A DNA stretch of 31,101 nucleotides from a bacterium (GCA_963663405.2 CAXXSM010000055.1:1-31101), one strand, 5' to 3'. Shown: positions 7,981 through 18,550, numbered from the stretch's first letter. Program-made: numbers and translations. The notes: a model not told the origin generated them from the letters alone.

Positions 7981-8391
7981 TCACTTCTCCACCGTCGAAT
8001 ATCTTCGCCCACACTTCGCACTTAAACAGACACGGTATCGCGTGATGTATCCACGCTTCCGTTCCGTTTTTACAACCTTGCTATACACACTCCCACAAAA
8101 CGGACACCCCACCCCCCGCTCAATCCTCCGCGTCATCCGAGCATCCTGATAAACCTTCACAAGCCCCTCAACCTCCCCCTTCCCAATCCGCCGCGCCCCC
8201 CGCTGCACGGACTTATCCCCCACCTCCTGCGAAATCTCATAATAAGGAACAACGGCTTTCCGAAACAAATGCCGGGGAATCCGAAACCGCTCCGCAAACG
8301 AATGCAATTCCTCCACAGAATCCGCCATCAACCGTTGCCGCCTCTTCAATCCCGCCCCCGTTCTCAATGCGTCAACATAAACAGCCATCAT
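7981..8391 (-). CDS. DUF4031-like domain fused to an NrdR-N-like zinc ribbon
   Basis: N-terminal MAVYVD...LMADSVEELHSFAERFRIPRHLF...YYEI matches the DUF4031 pattern. C-terminal CPFCGS..SKV..T.......RYRVC....CGRRYSTVE matches the NrdR Zn ribbon, without an ATP cone. Confidence 0.75.
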   Translation of the reverse strand: MMAVYVDALRTGAGLKRRQRLMADSVEELHSFAERFRIPRHLFRKAVVPYYEISQEVGDKSVQRGARRIGKGEVEGLVKVYQDARMTRRIERGVGCPFCGSVYSKVVKTERKRGYITRYRVCLSAKCGRRYSTVEK

Positions 8392-8411
8392 ATTCCCCTA
8401 TGGAGCGCGGG

Positions 8412-9893
8412 TGTAGCTGTTATGCTTGAATCGGTCCACGAAATACCGATTGGAAAAAGAGATTTTAGCAGTTTTTTAGGTTGTGAATGAAGCCAGTGAC
8501 AGATGTTCTTTAATTGTTTTGACAATAACGTTTTAGATTTGATGTCTGGGGGATACAACTTCCCTGATGAATCGTTACATGATTATATGTCAATACAATT
8601 TCAAGCCACTTTTGAAAGACGAAAAGCCATAGTATTTGTTTCTTCAAACCGGCGTCGTTCAATAGGGAAGGGAACTGTTTTCGCGTCTCTGTTTAATGGA
8701 TCTTTTTGGTGTTCTGCATGAACTTCATTGGGAGTTCTTCCCTCAAATCGATAATGTGGTCGCCATTCGTTGTACCATTCCGAAAATGAGTTGCAAAGAG
8801 ATTCCAGATGATCAAATCCTTTGACAATCGCTACCCGGTTCAACCATTCATATTTCAGCGTCTTGATCACTCGCTCGGTCACGGCGATCGAACCATGTTT
8901 TCCAACCGCGCCCAAACGGTGCTTCATATTAAAGTTTTCAACGAATTCCGCGAATGCGTCGCTGGTAAAAATCGGTTCTTGATCAGAGATAATATGCTTC
9001 GGAGAGCCATGGATTTCAATCGCTTGTTCCAAGGCTTCAATTGTCCAACCGGCATTGGGGCCTTCCAGGGGAGAGCAGCAAACCACCTTCCGGGAATAAT
9101 GGTCTATCGCAACAAGAACGTATGTTGGCCAGAGACCCCACCGAAACACAATCGTTCGATCCACACTCCACACGTGATTGGGATACCAAGCCGGGATGGA
9201 CCGCTGGGAGGATTGCTCACTATCTTCTCCAGCCGGATTGGGCGCCAGAGATGGTTCCCCTGGTGGATAAGGTCGTTGCAGGATGTTGCGAACCGTTGAG
9301 GCCGCCAAGAAAATGTTAAGAAGGGACAACTGAAGAGAAATCCGAATCCGTCCCCAATGCGGATTGGCTTTGGCAATTTCCCAGACGAGTAGGGCCACTT
9401 CGATAGGAGTTTTGTTTGCTGGTTCGTTTTTGTTCCCACTTTGATTTTCGATATTCTTCAGCCATCGATTAATCGTTGATCGAGCCACACCGAGTCGTTT
9501 CGTCATCTCCCGAGTGGAAATTTGGAAATATTCCTTGTACCAAAGAATCCATAACCGTTCTCGAAGTGAATAGCGTGGTTTATGATTCTTATCTCTTCCT
9601 TGTTTGCGCAAAATTTCCAGTTCTGTTTCCAATTGAAAAATGCGATCACGTAGAAATTGGTTCTCGACTTCGGGATTGTTCTCCTCTTCAGCAAGATGTT
9701 TCATTTGCTTGAAACGAGTAATTCCCGCCCATCGAGCAAGACAAGATGAGAGTCTTCAAAATCAAAGGAATTGCTGCTTGAATTACGTCCATAGTGGTCC
9801 CGTTTATGAGTATGTATTGAAATGGGATCATATGTATTAACATCAATATTGTCAACCGGTTATCGGTGGACCGATTCTTGGATAACAGCTTCA
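8412..9893 (-). mobile_element. IS481/IS3-superfamily-like IS, copy A (1482 bp)
   Basis: Imperfect 28-bp TIRs TGTAGCTGTTATGCTTGAATCGGTCCAC / GTGGACCGATTCTTGGATAACAGCTTCA. Near-identical to copy B. Confidence 0.9.
8601..9792 (-). pseudogene. rve-type DDE transposase, copy A, with a 1-bp insertion near the 5' end
   Basis: GAGCAAGACAAG (~9737) versus GAGCTGACAAG in copy B separates ATG 9792 from the body. A 367-aa ORF from 9704 still holds the HTH and DDE domains. Confidence 0.8.
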
Positions 9894-9933
9894 AGTGGTC
9901 CCGTTTATGAGTATTTATTGAAATGGGATCATA

Positions 9934-11414
9934 TGAAGCTGTTATGCTTGAATCGGTCCACGAAATACCGATTGGAAAAAGAGATTTCAGCAGTTTTTTA
10001 GGTTGTGAATGAAGCCAGTGACAGATGTTCTTTAATTGTTTTGACAATAACGTTTTAGATTTGATGTCTGGGGGATACAACTTCCCTGATGAATCGTTAC
10101 ATGATTATATGTCAATACAATTTCAAGCCACTTTTGAAAGACGAAAAGCCATAGTATTTGTTTCTTCAAACCGGCGTCGTTCAATAGGGAAGGGAACTGT
10201 TTTCGCGTCTCTGTTTAATGGATCTTTTTGGTGTTCTGCATGAACTTCATTGGGAGTTCTTCCCTCAAATCGATAATGTGGCCGCCATTCGTTGTACCAT
10301 TCCGAAAATGAGTTGCAAAGAGATTCCAGATGATCAAATCCTTTGACAATCGCTACCCGGTTCAACCATTCATATTTCAGCGTTTTGATCACTCGCTCGG
10401 TCACGGCGATCGAACCATGTTTTCCAACCGCGCCCAAACGGTGCTTCATATTAAAGTTTTCAACGAATTCCGCGAATGCGTCGCTGGTAAAAATCGGTTC
10501 TTGATCAGAGATAATATGCTTCGGAGAGCCATGGATTTCAATCGCTTGTTCCAAGGCTTCAATTGTCCAACCGGCATTGGGGCCTTCCAGGGGAGAGCAG
10601 CAAACCACCTTCCGGGAATAATGGTCTATCGCAACAAGAACGTATGTTGGCCAGAGACCCCACCGAAACACAATCGTTCGATCCACACTCCACACGTGAT
10701 TGGGATACCAAGCTGGGATGGACCGCTGGGAGGATTGCTCACTATCTTCTCCAGCCGGATTGGGCGCCAGAGATGGTTCCCCTGGTGGATAAGGTCGTTG
10801 CAGGATGTTGCGAACCGTTGAGGCCGCCAAGAAAATGTTAAGAAGGGACAACTGAAGAGAAATCCGAATCCGTCCCCAATGCGGATTGGCTTTGGCAATT
10901 TCCCGGACGAGTAGGGCCACTTCGATAGGAGTTTTGTTTGCTGGTTCGTTTTTGTTCCCACTTTGATTTTCGATATTCTTCAGCCATCGATTAATCGTTG
11001 ATCGAGCCACACCGAGTCGTTTCGTCATCTCCCGAGTGGAAATTTGGAAATATTCCTTGTACCAAAGAATCCATAACCGTTCTCGAAGTGAATAGCGTGG
11101 TTTATGATTCTTATCTCTTCCTTGTTTGCGCAAAATTTCCAGTTCTGTTTCCAATTGAAAAATGCGATCACGTAGAAATTGGTTCTCGACTTCGGGATTG
11201 TTCTCCTCTTCAGCAAGATTTATCATTTGCTTTAAACGAGTAATTCCCGCCCATCGAGCTGACAAGACGAGAGTTTTCAAAATCAAAGGAATTGCCGCTT
11301 GAATTACGTCCATAGTGGTCCCGTTTATGAGTATTTATTGAAATGGGATCATATGTATTAACATCAATATTGTCAACCGTTTATCGGTGGACCGATTCTT
11401 GGATGACAGCTTCA
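9934..11414 (-). mobile_element. IS481/IS3-superfamily-like IS, copy B (1481 bp)
   Basis: TIRs TGAAGCTGTTATGCTTGAATCGGTCCAC / GTGGACCGATTCTTGGATGACAGCTTCA. Confidence 0.9.
10123..11313 (-). CDS. rve-type DDE transposase (HTH + integrase core), intact
   Basis: HTH LGVARSTINRW; core WSVD, IDHYSR, ISDQ..IFTS, TERVIKTLKYE, YNEWRPH. Confidence 0.92.
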   Translation of the reverse strand: MDVIQAAIPLILKTLVLSARWAGITRLKQMINLAEEENNPEVENQFLRDRIFQLETELEILRKQGRDKNHKPRYSLRERLWILWYKEYFQISTREMTKRLGVARSTINRWLKNIENQSGNKNEPANKTPIEVALLVREIAKANPHWGRIRISLQLSLLNIFLAASTVRNILQRPYPPGEPSLAPNPAGEDSEQSSQRSIPAWYPNHVWSVDRTIVFRWGLWPTYVLVAIDHYSRKVVCCSPLEGPNAGWTIEALEQAIEIHGSPKHIISDQEPIFTSDAFAEFVENFNMKHRLGAVGKHGSIAVTERVIKTLKYEWLNRVAIVKGFDHLESLCNSFSEWYNEWRPHYRFEGRTPNEVHAEHQKDPLNRDAKTVPFPIERRRFEETNTMAFRLSKVA

Positions 11415-11451
11415 CCAGGAAGCAATGCAAACCTTCCGGGAGACCGCTTAG

Positions 11452-13447
11452 CCCGGATTTCTCACCACTCCTCTATCCAACAGGTTGCAAGTAGAAGTAT
11501 CACAAGGTGTTAGAGCCAAGAAGATAAAATTTTTCATAGAAAAACAGTTAGAATCACGTCTTCTAGATTTTGTATCCTTCTGTATGTAATTTATATGTAA
11601 GAAAATCCATCTAAAAAAAGGCAATATAAATGTAAGTTATATCTTGATTTTATTGCCTTTCATGGTATGATTATATGAACTGTTTTTAGGGAAATTAATT
11701 CAACAAAGTTATCTTTGTACATTACCAAATAAAGACAGTTTTAGAGACATCTTTAAAAACCAATATTTGAGTTTTTAATCGAAGGGAAAACGAATGGATA
11801 ACAAGTCCTTTAATTACACATTCGGAAAATGCGGCGATCGAGAAATTAAAGGGGAATTTACTGGAGGAACCCAATCCTCAGACGCCGGTTCTCTTTTACT
11901 GCGTGGTGTGGAAACTGTCTGTAAAATCATCAGCCAATTTTGTAAGTGTTTTACTGACTATCGGGATCCGGAAAAGATAGAACATACAACCGAGGAACTT
12001 GTTGGACAGCGTGTTTATGGATTGGCTTTAGGCTATGAAGACCTGAACGATCATGAGGAGTTACGAAAAGATCCCATCCTAGCGACATTGGTAAATAAAG
12101 AAGATCCGGCCGGGCAAAATCGGCGGCGGGAACAAGACAAGGGCAAACCCTTGGCGGGCAAAAGTACTCTCAATCGCTTGGAACTGACTCCTCTCGACGC
12201 GAGTGAGAATGACCGGTATAAGAAGATCGCCATAGACATTGATAAAGTGGATGATTTTTTCGTACAGATTTTTCTGCAGGCTCATAGCGCTCCCCCTCGT
12301 CGAATTGTGTTAGACTTGGATGCCACGGATGATCCTCTTCATGGCAATCAGGAAGGTCGTTTTTTTCATGGATATTATAAAGAATATTGTTACATGCCTT
12401 TATACATCTTCTGCGGAGATTTTCTGTTATGCGCTCGTCTTCGCCAATCCAATATCGATGCGTCAAAAGGGAGTGTGGAGGAGTTAACTCGTCTGGTAAA
12501 GAAGATCCGAGAAGTCTGGCCCGATGTGGAAATAGTGATCCGAGGAGACGCCGGGTTTTGCCGAGATGATATCATGACATGGTGCGAAAACAATCAGGTC
12601 CATTTTATTTTGGGATTAGGCAAGAACATCCGCTTACTGAGAAAAATCAAAAGGGCCATGAAGAAAGCCCGAAGACAATATGGAAAAACACGAAAAGCGG
12701 CACGTGTATTTAAGGATTTCCTGTACAAAACGCGTGATACATGGAGTCGAAAGCGCCGTGTCGTTGCCAAGGCTGAATATTTGGAAAACGGAGGCAATCC
12801 TCGATTTGTTGTGACCTCATTTACGGCGGAGGCATATGATAACCAAACGCTTTATGAAAAAGAATATTGCGCTCGTGGTGAGATGGAAAATCGTATCAAA
12901 GAACAACAACTCTTTCTCTTCGCCGATCGAACCAGCACCCATGAAATGCATTCCAACCAGATCCGATTATGGTTTTCTTCGGTGGCTTATATGCTGATGG
13001 AGGCCTTTCGCCGTTTAGGCTTGCGTGCCAGTACGATGGAGCGTGCCCAGTGTAATACGATTCGTTTAAAACTCTTCAAGATAGGAGCTGTGATTAAAAT
13101 TACAGCGAAAAGAGTGTATATATTGTTTGCTAGTAGTTATCCCTATCAAGCCTTATTTAATTCGATTTATAAAAAAATCAAAATGATAGAACAACGTTGT
13201 TAGATTTTCTAAAATTTGTTTTTCAAATCCTGCATAAAATTGATCTGATTACTAGAACTCTGTTTACCTATCGAATCGGTAATAAAAATGTATATGTTTA
13301 TTACTGATTTCCTGCCAATTCTTTTTTAATTTCTATCCAATACACAAATCTGAGAAGTCAATTTTCATTGACGACCATCAGCGTAGCAAAATCTCTTCAA
13401 ATTTTGGCCGGTGAAATGGAATTCGGTGGGGTGGTGAGAAATCCGGG
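11452..13447 (+). mobile_element. IS1380-family element
   Basis: Perfect 17-bp TIRs CCCGGATTTCTCACCAC / GTGGTGAGAAATCCGGG. Confidence 0.92.
11794..13203 (+). CDS. IS1380-family transposase
   Basis: FTGGTQSSDAG, GYEDLNDH, LAGKSTLNRLE, LDLDATDDPLHGNQEG, IRGDAGFC, YCARGEMENRIKEQQ. Confidence 0.96.
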   Translation: MDNKSFNYTFGKCGDREIKGEFTGGTQSSDAGSLLLRGVETVCKIISQFCKCFTDYRDPEKIEHTTEELVGQRVYGLALGYEDLNDHEELRKDPILATLVNKEDPAGQNRRREQDKGKPLAGKSTLNRLELTPLDASENDRYKKIAIDIDKVDDFFVQIFLQAHSAPPRRIVLDLDATDDPLHGNQEGRFFHGYYKEYCYMPLYIFCGDFLLCARLRQSNIDASKGSVEELTRLVKKIREVWPDVEIVIRGDAGFCRDDIMTWCENNQVHFILGLGKNIRLLRKIKRAMKKARRQYGKTRKAARVFKDFLYKTRDTWSRKRRVVAKAEYLENGGNPRFVVTSFTAEAYDNQTLYEKEYCARGEMENRIKEQQLFLFADRTSTHEMHSNQIRLWFSSVAYMLMEAFRRLGLRASTMERAQCNTIRLKLFKIGAVIKITAKRVYILFASSYPYQALFNSIYKKIKMIEQRC

Positions 13448-13970
13448 CTAAGCCTTTCACTGAATTTACTCGACTTTCATTATCATCAACCACTTTTAGG
13501 AATTTGATTTTGCCCTAAATTTGCCCAAATTATTGCTCCCTATTATTACTCATTTATCATTGGTATAGACAATCTAAGTTATTGAAATACGCTCAAATGA
13601 TTTGTAAATGACAAATGACTTCTGGATTATTGGAATTTGAGTTTTTTCTCGAATTGAAGATAATGATCAGTATCTTCTTTGGAAATAGAAGGCTTGACAC
13701 AAGTGAGTGCTTTATTGAAATCGGCCATGGTTACCCATTCAGTGACAATAGGAGACACGTTTCCGTTCTCGACTTGAGCAACCTTACGTTGAATTGCCGC
13801 TTGCTTGGCAATGCTGCAAAGTCCATCACGATCAGCAACAAGATCTGCTCCTGAATATCCTTCTGTTTGTTCAGCTAATTGCTTGAAATCTACATTGTCA
13901 ATGGGAACGCCTTCCATAGCGTGACGGAGCATTGCTTCACGAGCAATGGAATCGGGAGGACCTACATATA

Positions 13971-15168
13971 TACTTTACTCGGCCATAACTTGAGCTTTTG
14001 AAAAGTCTTGAAAATTCAATGTTAGTAACGAATTTAATTGTTTTTTGCGCATTACATGAACTTCATCCATGAAATCCGTAATCGCCATTTTAAATGTTGA
14101 GAATGTCTCATAATATTTACAATACAAACATTCCTTTTTCACTAGCTTCCAAAATCGTTCGATGAGATTTAGATTCGGTGAATAGGCGGGAAGAAAGAGC
14201 AATTCAATTTTCAAGGATTTTGCTTTTTCTTCGACTAACTTACATCGTTGATATCTGGCATTATCCAAGATTAGAGTGATAGGCCCCTTTTTGTATTTGG
14301 TTCGAATCTTGATCAGAAGATCGCTCACACTCTGTGCGTTGATATAAGTGGTGTTCGTGATGGTGATCAATTCGTGATCGATCGCGTCCAACGCCCCTAA
14401 CACATTAAACCGTTGTCTCCCCGCTGGCGTTTTGATAAAAAGTCGACCGAAACACCAGAGGAATCCCAAGAAGAGACCAAAGACAAAATGGGATGCATCC
14501 ACAAAGAAAACCTTTCGTTTCCCCGCTTTCGCTTGGTTTAAACGGGGAATCAATTTTTCTTTTTTGAACCGGGCCTGCTCAGCCGGATTCGCTTTACTGG
14601 GGATCGAACCAACTTTAAGACAGCGCATTCCAATCGATTTTAAAAATTGACGAACCTGAGTCAACCCGCGTTGAATTCCGGTAAGATCATTTATGACGGC
14701 TCGGGCTTCATTCACTGTGGCCGGAGGATTCTCTCTGAAATATTCTTTCAATGTCATGCTGTACTGAGTCAATTCACTCTGGGGTTGGTAGAATTGAATC
14801 TCCTTCAGTCGTTCAATTCCACCTTCCTGATATTCTCGGAGATAGGCGCGTATCGTATTCCCTGAAATGTCTTCGAGATTGGCAATCATGGAATGGGTCA
14901 TCCCCTGGCTTTTCAGCAAAAGAACACTCATTTTTTTGAACTCTCGGATGGGGATGGTTATAGCGTTCATATCGAAGTTGATCGATTATTTCTTTCGTAA
15001 ACTCAACTCGTATCATTGACTCTCAACCCTGATAGTAAGAATAGTAAAAATAAGTTATGGTATGTCAAATTTCACACTATTCAAGTTATTGAAAATAAAT
15101 ATGTTATATGATCGCTTTAAGGCAGTATATGCTTCTTCAAAAAGCTCAAATCATTCCCGCGTTGAGTA
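13971..15168 (-). mobile_element. IS630-family element with TA target duplication
   Basis: TA at 13969-70 and 15169-70. Imperfect IRs TACTTTACTCGGCCATAACTTGAGCTTTT / AAAAGCTCAAATCATTCCCGCGTTGAGTA. Confidence 0.92.
13975..15016 (-). CDS. IS630 transposase, split by a frameshift in an A7 run
   Basis: MIRVEF...ERYNHPHPRVQK (from 15016) joins KMSVLLLKSQG at 14931-14937. DDE motifs FFVDAS, LILDNARY, LPAYSPNLNLIERFW. Confidence 0.85.
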
Positions 15169-16508
15169 TACTAAGCGGCCAAATCTACCAGGACGTGTTG
15201 CGCCCGGATCTAGCATCCAGGGTTGATTGGTTGCTCCTAAGAGAAACATGCAGTTCTTTTGTGGATCAATTCCATTAATCAATTGAAGTAGTTGAGGTAC
15301 CACCCTATTCATCACAGATTGACTTGCATCCGAACGTTTTTGGAATAATGCTTCGGCTTCATCGAAAAATATAATGGAGCGTGGATGTTGACTGGCTTCA
15401 TCGAACAATTGTGAGATAAACCGCTCAGTCTCACCAAACCACTTGCTCAAAACACGATCCATGGCAACCGGGTAAAAAGCCGCATCCAACTCACCGGCAA
15501 TCGCTCGTGCGATAAAAGTTTTTCCAGTTCCCGGAGGGCCATACATAAGTACCCCTGTACCTGGATACTGACGATATTCGGCATAAATATCTGGATATTT
15601 CATGGGAAGAATCACACTGGTTTGGATGATTTCTTTCAACTCCTCCATCCCGGCTACATCATCTAAGCGCGTATCAGGCCGTTCAACAAGACGCATGCTT
15701 TTGGCTGTTTCATCTGGGGATTGATCATCATTAGTTTGAATTTTTTTCTGTGAACCATTTTGTTTGGTGACTTTATACAAAGACATAGCTTGATCGCCTC
15801 GTTTTTCATACTGTAAAAGACGTTGAATTAAGTGATCGCGTGTATTTCCATTTGCCGATTTTGCCATATTGAATGTGGCGCGAGCGGCGAGAAATAGGTA
15901 CTGCGCACCGTCTCGCCATTGCTCTTTTTCTATTAGCTCTTTTGCTTTTGTTTCAGCCAAAATACGTTCTCGTTCATAATTCATAATGGCTCTCCTGCTA
16001 TTTTTTAAATTTTATAACTTGTGATTTATAGAGATTTAAGAAACACTTTGTTTCTCTTTTTGATCCAATCGTTTACCTATATCAGCAAGTAAAGAATCTT
16101 GATTAGATTCAGTATCATCAGTGATTTCTACTGCGGCGTCTGATTTAATAGCTGCATACACATCCATCTCCTGTTGGTTCATTTGGGGAGTGGATGATTG
16201 TTCGTTTGTATCATTCTCCCAAATTTCTTCCCAAGGAGCCAAGAAATCTCTGTTTTTTTCAGCGATTTCACGCAAACGCTCAATTGTGACATCGGGATCG
16301 ATGCTAATCTTCCCAGTCTCTTCAATATCAAAGACAACCGTCATTCCACGTTGGAATTCTTCTAGGTTCGATTTCATTGAAACCTGACTCAAGGCAAAAT
16401 CCATATTACCCACAACTAAAGACCGTGATGTAATCTGTTTGTCCATTTGTACCAAGTGGCGAACCGCTTGTTGAGCTAAGACACACTTACCCTGGACTTT
16501 CGCACTTT

Positions 16509-17912
16509 TTAAGTAACTCTTGATATTGATTTTATTATAAATTCACCTATTTTCTCGGAGTCGTCCTGAAAAGTTGACTTTGAAAAAATAAAATTCTGCC
16601 AGAAATGCAATCGTAGAGAAGTTAGCATATCTTGAAATGAAATTGTATCTTTGTGAGGATACCATGGATCGTTCTCAATATGTAAGGGCTGTTCTTGACG
16701 GCTTCCAAGAATATAGCCAAGTTTAATCATGGAATTCAGCCAAAGACAAAATGGTGTCAGGCGTAGTACAGCTTCTTTTTTGCGTGCTTGTGGCTGATTC
16801 ATGCCAAGGTATTGCTTCGTTTCCCGAAAGACAACTTCAATGGCCCATCGGCCAGTGTAACAAAGCACAATTTCTTCCGGCGTCATATTCAAGTCCGTTG
16901 TGAAGAAATATTCATCTTCACTTTTCCCCTCAGGATCTCGTACAATCACCATATTAACTAACTCATCCGCACAGACTTCATACCACAATGCTTGGTAAGT
17001 GTAGAGTTGGCGTTCAACGATTTTTCCATACAGATCGATGTTGTATGTTTTCCACTGTTTTCCTGCCTTGGAAGCCATGTCTTGAGGAGAGAGAAGGCGT
17101 TTGCCTTTTTTCGCCTTTCGTCCTTTTGTGTTTTCTCGCTTGGGCTGGGGGAGTCCATACAAGGCGGCATCACGCCGAATGCGCGAAACGACTGTCACAT
17201 TCTCTGGCTTTTTTCCCGCCATACAAGCGTACGCTCCGTCCCCGCAAAAAACAAACTTGGCCTCGGGAAGCCAGGCGGCCACAGTTCGAACCATTTCCTC
17301 CATAAGAGTAACCGTCGTGACTTTGTTCGTTCGGCCTTTTCCTTTTGATTTCTTCTTCTCGTTTTCTGTGGCGGAGGAGTCTTTCGACGGGCTATTTTTA
17401 GGATTCAACCGGGCCAGAATGGGGAACGCGATAAACCGGTCTTTAATCAACGGGACTTTGAGAATCATGGCCAATACAACCCAATTCAATCCCCACGCAT
17501 AAGCCGGATGCTTTTTGGAAGACCGGACGGCATCGCGATACAAGCCGGCGCCCCAGATTTTGCGGCCATAGTGTTTCACCAGGGTATCGTCTCCGGCAAT
17601 CCATATGACAGGAGCGGAGGTGTGTGGAGAGGGTTCCAGAGCCGAGTGAAACGTTTTGACCAAATAAATAAATAGAAGTTTCCAGAGGGAATCCATAGAC
17701 CATTTCGATTGGGAAAAGAAATTTTGATAGGCATCATGTGATTTGATGGCTTCTGGGCCCGCGGCGCGAATGACGGCGCTCAACGTGTGGCGCCCATTAC
17801 AAAGAATCCATCCCACGACCAAAGTCAAAAAAGATTGCGCTGTTGGTGAAGAGCCAAGGATGACGCTGAAACTGGTGAGGAGTTGTTGAAACGAGAAAGG
17901 GAAATGTTCCAT
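16509..17912 (-). CDS. DDE transposase (IS701-like)
   Basis: IAGDDT, CGDGAY, SRIRRDAALY, YTGRWAIEVVFRETKQYLG. Stop codon lies in the TIR. Confidence 0.9.
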   Translation of the reverse strand: MEHFPFSFQQLLTSFSVILGSSPTAQSFLTLVVGWILCNGRHTLSAVIRAAGPEAIKSHDAYQNFFSQSKWSMDSLWKLLFIYLVKTFHSALEPSPHTSAPVIWIAGDDTLVKHYGRKIWGAGLYRDAVRSSKKHPAYAWGLNWVVLAMILKVPLIKDRFIAFPILARLNPKNSPSKDSSATENEKKKSKGKGRTNKVTTVTLMEEMVRTVAAWLPEAKFVFCGDGAYACMAGKKPENVTVVSRIRRDAALYGLPQPKRENTKGRKAKKGKRLLSPQDMASKAGKQWKTYNIDLYGKIVERQLYTYQALWYEVCADELVNMVIVRDPEGKSEDEYFFTTDLNMTPEEIVLCYTGRWAIEVVFRETKQYLGMNQPQARKKEAVLRLTPFCLWLNSMIKLGYILGSRQEQPLHIENDPWYPHKDTISFQDMLTSLRLHFWQNFIFSKSTFQDDSEKIGEFIIKSISRVT

Positions 17913-17995
17913 GGAATTTTTTTTCTATCGGCTTGACAATGTGAGTGAGTATGATATGCTGAAACGCATATCATATTATAGCAGGAGTAATTCAC

Positions 17996-18331
17996 ATGGA
18001 CAAGAAGGAAATACAAAAAAAGAAACGCCGTTTGCGATTACTAGAAAAAAAGATGTGTGAATTAGGTCCACTTATGCGAGGGAGTGTAGTAGAATTACGA
18101 CAGAAATGTGGGAATCCGAACTGCCGCTGCACGAAAGGAGAAAAACATAAAAAATACTATTATTCTCTTAGCAACAAAGGGAAAACGAAAATCATCTATT
18201 TGGGGAAATCCCGAGAACCCATTGCACGACAATATTCTGATAACTATAAAACTCTTATTGGAATTATCGATGAAATGACAACTATAAACATGGAATTGTT
18301 AAAGGCAGGGGCTGTTGAAAAATTGGATTAA
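17996..18331 (+). CDS. DUF6788-like small Cys/His protein carried inside the IS
   Basis: GPLMRGSVVE...CGNPNCRC..GEKH..YYYS motif. Divergent from the transposase, with its stop in the right TIR. Confidence 0.8.
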   Translation: MDKKEIQKKKRRLRLLEKKMCELGPLMRGSVVELRQKCGNPNCRCTKGEKHKKYYYSLSNKGKTKIIYLGKSREPIARQYSDNYKTLIGIIDEMTTINMELLKAGAVEKLD

Positions 18332-18550
18332 AAAAGTGCGAAAGTCCAGTTACCTTGTTTTTCGTATTTTACTGCTTGTTGACGGAGTTGATCCGCATGC
18401 CGCTCACAATCATCAATCGCGCTTTTTTCACGACGTAAAGCTTTTCTGGCTTTCGCAATTGCGCGGTTTCTTGCATGGATCTTTTCCCGGTTACGTTGTT
18501 CTTTGGGCATAAAGAGATTGGCTATCCAATTCATGATTCTCCTCCGGTTT

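Larger units (their letters stand above)
13627..15984 (-). pseudogene. MIT-domain AAA+ ATPase, Vps4/CdvC-like, interrupted by IS630
   Basis: Removing the IS and one TA restores ...RPGRFGRLVYVGPPDSIAREAMLR... in frame (385 aa). Helical MIT-like N-terminus, Walker A GPPGTGKT, pore loop SKWFGE, Walker B IIFFDE, ATNQPWMLD, GYSGADL, and a C-terminal VTMADFNKALTCVKPSISKED...F helix. Confidence 0.85.
16492..18349 (-). mobile_element. IS701/IS4-like element (1858 bp) with 5-bp TSD
   Basis: TIRs CTGGACTTTCGCACTTTTT / AAAAAGTGCGAAAGTCCAG; TTACC duplicated at 16487-91 and 18350-54. Confidence 0.92.
16036..18534 (-). pseudogene. Snf7/ESCRT-III-like coiled-coil protein interrupted by an IS
   Basis: Removing the IS and one TTACC gives an in-frame 211-aa protein: basic N-terminal hairpin ...ERHADQLRQQAVKYEKQGKCVLAQQAVRHLVQMDKQITSR..., an acidic C-terminal half and a terminal LLADIGKRL helix. 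Lies directly upstream of the Vps4-like ATPase. Confidence 0.7.

Noticed and set aside
9688-10080. 130-aa ORF across the IS-IS junction
   Set aside because: Chance read-through of IS ends into the frameshifted N-terminus of transposase copy A.
15151-15984. Stand-alone FtsH or CDC48 gene
   Set aside because: No TM or protease domain and only one AAA module. It joins 13627..13968 once the IS is removed.
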